From assembly GCA_003647645.1 (NCBI GenBank), contig QMNG01000001.1, positions 73,884-137,883 on the forward strand: a DNA stretch of 64,000 bases, read 5' to 3'. Below are positions 1 to 10,162 of the stretch, one piece after another. The DNA comes from a candidate division Kazan bacterium. GTDB taxonomy: Bacteria; Patescibacteriota; Kazan-3B-28. A model generated the notes under the pieces. It had not been told where the DNA came from and ran no database searches. It saw only the letters and a program-made list of their open reading frames with translations. Numbering within the stretch: the first letter of the stretch is position 1; the number at the start of each line of letters is the position of its first letter. A program made the position numbers and the translations under genes.

Positions 1-35
1 GTAATTTGTCTGGTAGAGATGATTATTTAATTCCA

Positions 36-419
36 TTATTTATCTGTGTTAAAGCCGCTTTTTTCAGCCAGTTCTTTTAATGGATAAACACCGAAGATGC
101 GTTCCCCGTTAGCGAATTCCCATGTGGGATAACTTGTAATACCCTCCTCTATGCATACCTCAGTTTGGGCTGTTCCGTCCGGAGTAGAACACTCTGTGTA
201 ATCAATATATTGAAAAGCTTCTTCGCCGAATAAGTTTTTTTGATCCCCACAGTGGCCACACCAGAACGCGCCATACAACTTAATACCAGAATCCGTAAGA
301 TGCTTAGCCAGAGCTACTTTTTGTTCGGTGTCAAACCCAGCCGGTTTAGAACAACTGGCGGCACTTAAAAGAAAAATCGTTATCATCAGAAATCCAACTG
401 CTAAAATTTTATTATTCAT
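36..419 (-). CDS. Secreted thioredoxin-fold thiol:disulfide oxidoreductase (WCGHC active site) with N-terminal signal peptide
   Basis: Hydrophobic N-terminus MNNKILAVGFLMITIFLLSAASC followed by KLYGAFWCGHCGDQK, a classic Trx-like CxxC motif. Confidence 0.6.
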   Translation of the reverse strand: MNNKILAVGFLMITIFLLSAASCSKPAGFDTEQKVALAKHLTDSGIKLYGAFWCGHCGDQKNLFGEEAFQYIDYTECSTPDGTAQTEVCIEEGITSYPTWEFANGERIFGVYPLKELAEKSGFNTDK

Positions 420-532
420 CGATACTCTCCGCTAAATAATATTTTCACATTCCGCGACGAACACATAATTTTGTGTCATACTCATCCGTCGGCAGACAGA
501 TGCATCACTTTTTAATTTTTTAAATATACTTC

Positions 533-619
533 TGGTGGCCAGGGAGGGACTCGAACCCTCACGGGATTGCTCCCACACGATTTTGAGTCGTGCGCGTCTA
601 CCAGTTCCGCCACCCGGCC
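533..619 (-). tRNA. tRNA-Leu(CAA), class II with long variable arm, CCA encoded
   Basis: Reverse complement folds as GGCCGGG acceptor, anticodon loop CUCAAAA (anticodon CAA), long variable arm, GGTTCGAGTCC T-arm, and 3' CCTGGCC-A-CCA. Confidence 0.8.
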
Positions 620-672
620 AAAATTTTATGGGGCAGAAATACTAATTTTGTCACCAGACCCCATCTTTAATT

Positions 673-1887
673 CTACTTGATTGGAAACTTTTTAGTACAT
701 GCCGCCACTTCTTTTTTCACCGCCGATAATACACTCTTACTCTTGGGTTTGTCTATAACTTTGGCAATCATCAGGGCAATCTGCTCCATTTGGGACTCCT
801 TCATCCCCCGGCTGGTTACTACCGGAACGCCAAGCCGGATGCCAGAAGGATCAAACGGACTTCTCAGATCGTTTGGAATCATGTTTTTATTTAAGATAAT
901 CCCTGCCTTTCCTAGGGCTGTCTCAGCCTCCTTGCCGGTAATATTTTTGTTAGTCAAATCTATCAGTATCAGGTGAGTATCAGTGCCGCCTGTAATAAGG
1001 TTAAAATCTAGTTTTTGGAGAGCTCTGGCCAAAGCCTGGGCATTTTTGACAATCTGCGCAGCATAACGTTTGAATTCAGGCTTCATTGCATTTTGAAAGC
1101 AAAGAGCCTTGGCGGCTGTAATATTGTCATGGGGACCGCCCTGAACGCCGGGAAAGACCGCTTTGTCAATGGCGGCAGCCAACGAGGCCTTACAGGCGAT
1201 AATCGCACCACGCGGCCCGCGCAGGGTCTTGTGTGTGGTTGACATCACGACATCGGCATGGGGAAACGGATACGGGTGCTGTCCGCCAACGATCAATCCA
1301 GCGATATGGGAAATATCAGCCACCAGATAGGCTCCGGCCTTTTTGGCTATCTTGCCGAAACGTTGAAAATCTATTTGGCGCGGATAAGCAGTTGCCCCAC
1401 AAACAATAACCTTGGGCTTAAATATTTTGGCCATTGTTTCTATCTCGTCATAATTTAGAAGGCCAGAGTCGGGGTCCACTCCATATTGGACAAACTTGTA
1501 CAACTTACCAGAAAAATTAACTTTGTGCCCGTGGGTAAGGTGCCCGCCGTGCGGTAGACTCATGCCCATAGCAGTATCGCCCGGTTTCATCAGAGCGAAA
1601 TAGATAGCCATCATCGCCGGCGTACCGGAATACGGCTGAACGTTAATATGGTCGGCTCTAAACAGTTTTCTGCCAACAGCCACAGCCATTTGTTCAACAA
1701 CATCGGCAACTTTATTACCGCCATAATATCTTTTTTGGGGATATCCCTCGGAATATTTATTCATTAAAGACGAACCGGCTGCTTGGCGAATTTCGGGGGG
1801 AGCGATATTTTCCGAAGCAATCAGACTAATTGTCTCCTGTTGCCTTTTATCTTCGTCTTTTAGCAATTGTTTAATACTTTTTGCCAT
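673..1887 (-). CDS. glyA: Serine hydroxymethyltransferase
   Basis: 404 aa with the LIASENIAPP N-terminal SHMT signature and the PLP-lysine region TTHKTLRGPRG. Confidence 0.95.
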   Translation of the reverse strand: MAKSIKQLLKDEDKRQQETISLIASENIAPPEIRQAAGSSLMNKYSEGYPQKRYYGGNKVADVVEQMAVAVGRKLFRADHINVQPYSGTPAMMAIYFALMKPGDTAMGMSLPHGGHLTHGHKVNFSGKLYKFVQYGVDPDSGLLNYDEIETMAKIFKPKVIVCGATAYPRQIDFQRFGKIAKKAGAYLVADISHIAGLIVGGQHPYPFPHADVVMSTTHKTLRGPRGAIIACKASLAAAIDKAVFPGVQGGPHDNITAAKALCFQNAMKPEFKRYAAQIVKNAQALARALQKLDFNLITGGTDTHLILIDLTNKNITGKEAETALGKAGIILNKNMIPNDLRSPFDPSGIRLGVPVVTSRGMKESQMEQIALMIAKVIDKPKSKSVLSAVKKEVAACTKKFPIK

Positions 1888-1966
1888 GTCCCCATTCTAT
1901 CATTTATGGGATTGCTTAAGAATAGTAGAAAATATATACTGGGACTGACGTTTTTAAGAGAAAACA

Positions 1967-3244
1967 ATGACCAAATATGCATTTCTATTGGGTTCGCATC
2001 CGCTGATGAGTTTTTTGGAAATTCTGAATATTCTTGACGTAGAAAAAATATCTTACAGCAAACCTTATAGGTTGGGGGAAATACTACTTCTGGAGATGAA
2101 GATTTCGGATGCCAAATTAAAAAAACTACAAAACACACTGGGCGGGACAATTAAGATTATTGAAATAGTTGACGAATTTCGAGGTACCATTTTCCAGATA
2201 AATAAAATCTTAACGGCTGAACGTCTTTTAAAAAAATATTTTGCCCAAACCAAATCTAAAATTAATTTTGGATTTTCCGTCTATTCCCCAAAAAGTTTGG
2301 TCTACGCCGAAATTAATTGGCTGAGAAATTTTGCTTATCAAACTAAGCGCCGGCTCAAAGATAAATACAGCGTCCGATATGTCGATGAGAAAAACTTTGA
2401 TCTTTCATCCGTCATGGTAGCCAACAATAAGCTGGTAGAAACTGGGGCTGAAATAGTAATTATTAAACAAGAGCAAAATTTCCTGGTCGGCCGGACTGCA
2501 ACAGTCCAGGATTTCCGAAGCTATGTCCAGCGTGACATGGGTAAACCCTCACCGAATCCCAAATCCGGCATGCTGCCGCCTAAATTAGCTCAAATGATTG
2601 TAAATCTATCGCGTTCATCCGGTCAGAAAACTGTCTTTGACCCCTTTTGTGGCAGCGGAATTATTTTACAGGAAGCCCTACTTTTAAACCTGGATATACT
2701 TGGATCAGATATTGACGAAGCAGCTGTAAAATCCACTTTGGCAAATCTCGAATGGCTGATAAAAACCTATAATGCAGCCGCTAAAAAACTAGGCGGGGAA
2801 AAAATTAAAAAAACCAGTATCAGTGGCAGAATTCGTGAGGCCGATGCTACACGTTCTCGTTGGGCAAAAGCTAACACAACAGACACATTTATCGCTACCG
2901 AACCGTATCTCGGTCCGCCTCAGCGCCGGGTGCCGCTGATGCACAACGCCAAAAAAATAGCTCACGAACTAGAAGAATTATACTTAGGGTTTTTTAACAA
3001 TCTTCATAATAACTTCAGCAAAATCAAAAGAATTGGCATAGTTTTTCCAGTGATTAAGACTAACGAGGGCCTGTTGTATTTGAACATTCTGGATAAAATT
3101 GGAGACATTGGTTACATTCGCCATGACTTTCTGCCAAGCGAGCAAGCCAAAAAGGAGGCCTATGTCTCCCACCGCGGTGGCCTGCTTTATTCTAGGCCCG
3201 ACCAGTTCGTTTTAAGAGAGATTTTCGTGTTTGAAAGAAGATAA
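1967..3244 (+). CDS. Class I SAM-dependent RNA methyltransferase, Trm11/RlmL-like putative N2-guanine methylase
   Basis: Motif I VFDPFCGSGIILQEA followed by LGSDID, then a motif IV-like TEPYLGPP; the N-terminal domain precedes the MTase core. Confidence 0.5.
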   Translation: MTKYAFLLGSHPLMSFLEILNILDVEKISYSKPYRLGEILLLEMKISDAKLKKLQNTLGGTIKIIEIVDEFRGTIFQINKILTAERLLKKYFAQTKSKINFGFSVYSPKSLVYAEINWLRNFAYQTKRRLKDKYSVRYVDEKNFDLSSVMVANNKLVETGAEIVIIKQEQNFLVGRTATVQDFRSYVQRDMGKPSPNPKSGMLPPKLAQMIVNLSRSSGQKTVFDPFCGSGIILQEALLLNLDILGSDIDEAAVKSTLANLEWLIKTYNAAAKKLGGEKIKKTSISGRIREADATRSRWAKANTTDTFIATEPYLGPPQRRVPLMHNAKKIAHELEELYLGFFNNLHNNFSKIKRIGIVFPVIKTNEGLLYLNILDKIGDIGYIRHDFLPSEQAKKEAYVSHRGGLLYSRPDQFVLREIFVFERR

Positions 3245-3338
3245 CACTGATTTTGATTGACTTAACACCATTTTTTCATTAACCTGATGCTTGATACCAC
3301 ATTCTTAATTCGTCATTCTTAATTCCTAATTCTAGCCT

Positions 3339-3611
3339 ATGGCACACGTTAAAGCGGGGGGGACAGCAAAGAATTTGCGCGATTCCAAACCCAAAATGCT
3401 TGGGGTTAAAGTCTATGGCAACCAGCATGTTAACGCTGGTGGGATTATCGTGCGCCAACGTGGCCAGAGATATCGATGTGGTGAGAACACCAGAATGGGC
3501 AAAGATCACACCATTTTTGCAACCAAAGAGGGGAAAGTTAAATTTAAGGTTAAGCGGATTGTAAATAACGGCAGGACTATAAACAGCGCCACCTTTGTCA
3601 GCGTAGTCTAA
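3339..3611 (+). CDS. rpmA: 50S ribosomal protein L27
   Basis: [27 protein letters not shown]...IIVRQRG matches the bL27 family throughout. Confidence 0.95.
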   Translation: MAHVKAGGTAKNLRDSKPKMLGVKVYGNQHVNAGGIIVRQRGQRYRCGENTRMGKDHTIFATKEGKVKFKVKRIVNNGRTINSATFVSVV

Positions 3612-3646
3612 CCCCTTTCTTTTTGTCACCGTTTTCATTTATCCAG

Positions 3647-3668
3647 TATATGTACGGCCGTACATATA
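3647..3668. promoter_or_regulatory. Perfect 22-bp palindrome TATATGTACGGCCGTACATATA, putative operator overlapping the promoter of the downstream wHTH gene
   Basis: Exact dyad symmetry read from the sequence; it ends 15 nt before the GTG start at 3684, and a -10-like GATAAT sits between them. Confidence 0.5.
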
Positions 3669-3683
3669 TGCGATAATAGATCC

Positions 3684-4199
3684 GTGGCGCCAAAGAGAAA
3701 ACAACTAGCAGCAAATAAGTCGTCGGTTAACAGAACGGCTATAGTTCGACGGGTTATTATCCAATCGCTTAAGAACACAGGCAGTTGGATATTTGATTTA
3801 GCTGTTATTCCTTTAGAAACAAAATACAAAGGTTTTAGATTAGCTAAAAGAGGAGAACTTCGAAAAATTCTTGCTAGATTAATTTACCAAAAAGAAATAG
3901 AGAAGTGTAATCCCAATCGTTATCGTCTTACCCAACTGGGAATGATTAAGGCCCTACCGGAAATTAAAAAAGAACTGGTTCATGACGGCAAGACCCGCAT
4001 TCTAGTATTTGATGTACCAGAAAGTGAAAGAAAGAGACGCGATCATTTTAGGCGCCACCTCAAGCTACTCGGATTTAAAAAACATCAGCAAAGCGTCTGG
4101 ATTAGTTATGAAGATTGCGAGGCATGGATTGAACAATTGGTGGATTATCATAAGGTTGGAAATTATGTATCGCTATATATTGGTGAACATGTTTGGTAA
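3684..4199 (+). CDS. Small DNA-binding protein: N-terminal winged-HTH fused to a C-terminal Cas2/VapD-like domain (GTG start, no SD)
   Basis: The C-terminal ~70 aa TRILVFDVPESERKRRDHFRRHLKLLGFKKHQQSVWISYEDCEAWIEQLVDYHKVGNYVSLYIG follows the Cas2 core pattern (lvlvvYDv...RRrkvakiLekyGeRvQnSVFec...DSvriy) motif by motif; the N-terminal 90 aa are basic and wHTH-like. Confidence 0.45.
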   Translation: MAPKRKQLAANKSSVNRTAIVRRVIIQSLKNTGSWIFDLAVIPLETKYKGFRLAKRGELRKILARLIYQKEIEKCNPNRYRLTQLGMIKALPEIKKELVHDGKTRILVFDVPESERKRRDHFRRHLKLLGFKKHQQSVWISYEDCEAWIEQLVDYHKVGNYVSLYIGEHVW

Positions 4200-4335
4200 T
4201 ACCACACCAATTGCTGTTTTGACTTATCCAGTATATGTACGGCCGTGCGTATAGTGGATAGTTGGTACAGATTAAAACAGGGGTAATAAAAAAAGGAAGA
4301 CAGGAGAGCTACCCCCTTTCTTCCTTTTACTCAAA

Positions 4336-6003
4336 CTAGACTATTGCTTTTTGCCTATCTTCTTTTGCTTCGTTGACTGTCAGCAGAGTACTGCTGCGGA
4401 TCACCGCCCCGATAAAATCACGGAACAACGGATGCGGACGGTTGGGGCGTGACTTAAACTCTGGATGAAACTGCACTCCGACATACCAAGGGTGGTCAAC
4501 TATTTCCACAATTTCCACTAACTCATTGTTGGGAGAAATCCCGGCCAATACCATACCGGCCTTTTCAAAATCCCGGCGATATTTATTGTTGAATTCAAAA
4601 CGGTGACGATGGCGCTCGGAGATTTTGGTTTGTCTGTAGGCATCATAAGAACGAGTTCCCTTCTTAAGCACCGCCGGATAAGCCCCCAAACGCATAGTTC
4701 CACCTTTGTTAGCAATCGTTCTTTGATACTCCATGATGTGAATCACGGGATGTTCAGTTTTTGCGTTAAATTCTTCACTATTGGCCTTGGCCAGGCCCAG
4801 TACGTTACGGGCAAATTCAATCACCGCAACTTGCATCCCCAAGCACAGACCCAGAAAAGGGATTTCATTTTCTCTGGCATACTGGGCCGCTGAGATCTTA
4901 CCCTCAATTCCACGGATGCCAAAACCGCCCGGTATCACGTAGCCATCGCAACCAAACATAATCTCGGCAACGTTAGCATTGGGGCTGGCTAAATCCTCGG
5001 CATCAATCCATTTGATATTAACATCAACATTGTGATGCCAGCCGGCAGCTCTTAGAGATTCGAACACGCAGATGTAGGTATCCTCCATCGTCGTATATTT
5101 AGCGACGATGCCAATATTGATTTCACGCTTGTCGGATTTAATCTTACCGACCAATTCGCGCCATTCGGCCAGATCCGGTTCTTTTTCTTCCAGATCGAAC
5201 TTCTGCTCTATGATTTTGCCCAAGTCGTAATTTTCCAAAGTTAAAGGAACTTCATAAACGGTATCAGCGGTTTCCAGCGGAATGACATGGGTGGGGGGCA
5301 GGCTTGAGGCGCGGGCAATTTTATCCAGCGCCGATTTGTTAACAGCGTGATCGCTGCGGCAGAAAATAATATCGGGAGCGATGCCGATGCCTTGCAAATC
5401 TCGGATACTGAACTGGGCCGGTTTGGTTTTTACTTCCTTTGAACTTTTAAGATAGGGGAGAAATACTGTGTGACAATACATAATTCTATTCGGCCCTAAT
5501 TCGTTTTTCATCATGCGGATGGCTTCAAGATAATAAAAACCTTCCATGTCCCCTACCGTCCCGCCAACTTCAACAACTGCAATATCGGCGTTGGCCTTCT
5601 CGGCTCCCCGCATAATGATTGAAACAACTTCATTGGTCAGATGGGGGACTACCTGGACCGTTTTTCCCAAGAAGTCTCCCCTTCTTTCTTTGGCTATCAA
5701 ATCACTATAAACTCGACCGGTCATAACGGATGAATCTTGGGTTAAATTCTCATCGATGAACCGCTCATAATGTCCTAAATCCAAATCTGTTTCGGCGCCA
5801 TCGTCAGTCACAAACACTTCGCCGTGCTCCCCCGGATTTAACGTTCCAGCATCATAATTAATGTACTGGTCAAGTTTTTGCATGTAGATTTTGTAACCGC
5901 GGGCTTTTAAAATATTACCCATTGAGGCGGCGGCTATCCCCTTCCCCAGTCCAGAGAGGACTCCGCCGGTTACAAAAATAAATTTAATTTTTTTGTCGGT
6001 CAT
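4336..6003 (-). CDS. pyrG: CTP synthase
   Basis: 555 aa with KFIFVTGGVLSGLGKGIAAAS at the N-terminus and a C-terminal glutamine amidotransferase domain (GLCLGMQ). Confidence 0.95.
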   Translation of the reverse strand: MTDKKIKFIFVTGGVLSGLGKGIAAASMGNILKARGYKIYMQKLDQYINYDAGTLNPGEHGEVFVTDDGAETDLDLGHYERFIDENLTQDSSVMTGRVYSDLIAKERRGDFLGKTVQVVPHLTNEVVSIIMRGAEKANADIAVVEVGGTVGDMEGFYYLEAIRMMKNELGPNRIMYCHTVFLPYLKSSKEVKTKPAQFSIRDLQGIGIAPDIIFCRSDHAVNKSALDKIARASSLPPTHVIPLETADTVYEVPLTLENYDLGKIIEQKFDLEEKEPDLAEWRELVGKIKSDKREINIGIVAKYTTMEDTYICVFESLRAAGWHHNVDVNIKWIDAEDLASPNANVAEIMFGCDGYVIPGGFGIRGIEGKISAAQYARENEIPFLGLCLGMQVAVIEFARNVLGLAKANSEEFNAKTEHPVIHIMEYQRTIANKGGTMRLGAYPAVLKKGTRSYDAYRQTKISERHRHRFEFNNKYRRDFEKAGMVLAGISPNNELVEIVEIVDHPWYVGVQFHPEFKSRPNRPHPLFRDFIGAVIRSSTLLTVNEAKEDRQKAIV

Positions 6004-7160
6004 GTTTTATAAACTCTTTCAATATGCTCTGGAATACGCGTGGTGATTTCATAATTGATAGTATTGGCCCAGTCAGCAACGTCAGTGGCGGTGATTGTTT
6101 TGTTCTTGCTCTTGCCAATTAGAACAATTTCATCACCGACTTTGGCCCGTGGACGTCTGCTCAAATCCAGTATGGTCATATTCATACATATCCGCCCAAT
6201 AATGGGTACCACTGCACCCTTCAATAAAGCAAAACCCATGTTGCTCAGACTCCTGGGCAAACCTTCGTAATAACCCACCGGAATTACTCCGATAGTCATC
6301 GCCCGGGGCGCCTGAAAACTACAGCCATAGCCAATGAAATCCCCCGTTTTCACCCGCTTAACCTGCACCAGCTTGGTTTTATAGCTAAGCGCTGGTTTCA
6401 ACTTGAAGTTTCGCGTCTTCTTGCTTCGTTTGCACCAAAGTTCCACCCCCCGGCTGGGCCACAGCCCATACATTTCTATGCCTATTCTAACACAATTGAA
6501 TCGGCTCTCCGGCAAACAGCTGGCAGCCGCAGAAGCAGCTAATGACGCAATTGGAATTTTAACGCCTAGATCTTCGATCTTTTTAAGAATTCGCTCAAAC
6601 GTTAAAATTTGGTCGCTAGTGTAGCTTTTATTAAGCTCTTCAACAGAAGCCAGATGTGAATAAATACCCTCCAATTGTAGATATCGGCTTTTGGCCGCAA
6701 TACGTTTAACGATCTTAATTACACCATTGTTATTTCCATCAATCGAAAAACCAAGCCGATTAATACCGGTCTCTATCTTCAGCCAGATGATCGCTCTTTT
6801 GTTTAGAATAAAGGCAGTCCGGCTAATCATTCGATAGGACTCTTGGTTGTACACCGCCATTGCTACCTTCTCTTTGATAAGAGATTTGATGTCTTCCTTG
6901 GCTACCGCGCCTAAAACAACAATCGGACGTAAAATTCCTTTTTTCCTTAGCCACAATGCTTCCTGCGCCGATACCACTCCCAAATAGGCAGCTCCGGACT
7001 TTAGGGCTTGTCTGGCCACTTCTAAAATACCATGACCATAGGCATTGGCCTTCACTACAGCCATAATCCGAGTTTCGGGTTTGAGCAGTCGTCTAACCTG
7101 CTTGATATTATGATCAATTGCTTTAAGATCAACAGAAATAGCAATGAGTGAACCGCTCAT
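6000..7160 (-). CDS. alr: Alanine racemase
   Basis: AVVKANAYGHG PLP-lysine motif near the N-terminus; 386 aa; overlaps the pyrG start by 4 nt. Confidence 0.9.
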   Translation of the reverse strand: MSGSLIAISVDLKAIDHNIKQVRRLLKPETRIMAVVKANAYGHGILEVARQALKSGAAYLGVVSAQEALWLRKKGILRPIVVLGAVAKEDIKSLIKEKVAMAVYNQESYRMISRTAFILNKRAIIWLKIETGINRLGFSIDGNNNGVIKIVKRIAAKSRYLQLEGIYSHLASVEELNKSYTSDQILTFERILKKIEDLGVKIPIASLAASAAASCLPESRFNCVRIGIEMYGLWPSRGVELWCKRSKKTRNFKLKPALSYKTKLVQVKRVKTGDFIGYGCSFQAPRAMTIGVIPVGYYEGLPRSLSNMGFALLKGAVVPIIGRICMNMTILDLSRRPRAKVGDEIVLIGKSKNKTITATDVADWANTINYEITTRIPEHIERVYKT

Positions 7161-7352
7161 AAATTATCCACAAACTTACCTTTGTATAATACACTAAAAT
7201 TCGACCTGAGCGGAAATAGACTAATATACAAAAACAGCCCTGTTGTATAAATCAGAACATCAGAACGAGATCTCATCAAATCTAAACCCGTACATTCCTT
7301 AGTACGTACCATAATATATACTATAGTATATATTATTTGTAGAAAAATCCCG

Positions 7353-7712
7353 CTATTTGCTCCACGACTGGCTCATCGTCTGGCCATTTGGCATAGTCAT
7401 CTCAAAATAACCGGTTTCACCGTCTTCAGAAAAGTAATAATCCATTTCACTGCCCATAGCACTGTAAATGACATGGCAGAGATTATCATACTTGCCGCCG
7501 CTAACCAGCTCAACTATCTTCCACTCCCCTACTAAGCCGTCAGAGCCGGTATAGTTCCAATCAGCGCCGGTCTGGCACCAGCTGCTTGTATCGCCGGCAT
7601 TCATAGTCACACTTCCATCATCTGTCTGGATGGTTGTGGTTTTCCCACAGGCCGACAATACAAACATGCCGATCAAAAGAACTGCAAAAAGCCACGTCTT
7701 TTTTGTAAACAT
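7353..7712 (-). CDS. Lipoprotein, hypothetical
   Basis: Signal peptide plus lipobox LSAC-G. Confidence 0.5.
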   Translation of the reverse strand: MFTKKTWLFAVLLIGMFVLSACGKTTTIQTDDGSVTMNAGDTSSWCQTGADWNYTGSDGLVGEWKIVELVSGGKYDNLCHVIYSAMGSEMDYYFSEDGETGYFEMTMPNGQTMSQSWSK

Positions 7713-7782
7713 TGCCTAATAATTAAACTGCTATACCACTATGAGTCTAACAGCCCGCTAGTCTGTTCGTCCATTAATCCGT

Positions 7783-9957
<2,175 letters not shown>

Positions 9958-10162
9958 TTAGATTGTGTATGTATACGGTATTTTTAACTATTCTGGAGGT
10001 TAATTTACTCAACAAATTCCTGATTTTCTAAAATTTATTTCTCGGATATGGACTAAACTAAACGGGTACTTTTTCCAATAAAATAGACTCCAGTGTACCC
10101 GCCACATAGCACTCCTACTCGCCTTAATTATACCCTATTTGAAGGGGTTAAAACAAGAGATC

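Noticed and set aside
3279-3638. 119-aa ORF antisense to rpmA, and many similar 60-120-aa ORFs antisense to pyrG, gyrB, pheT, rpoB, rpoC, fusA, tuf and the r-protein genes
   Set aside because: They lie wholly inside genes with strong family signatures on the opposite strand, have no RBS, and have no conserved motif. They are antisense reading-frame artefacts.
3684-4199. Possibility that the Cas2-like gene marks a CRISPR-Cas locus
   Set aside because: No repeat-spacer array, cas1 or other cas genes anywhere in the window. The only nearby repeats are two 23-bp copies flanking the gene.
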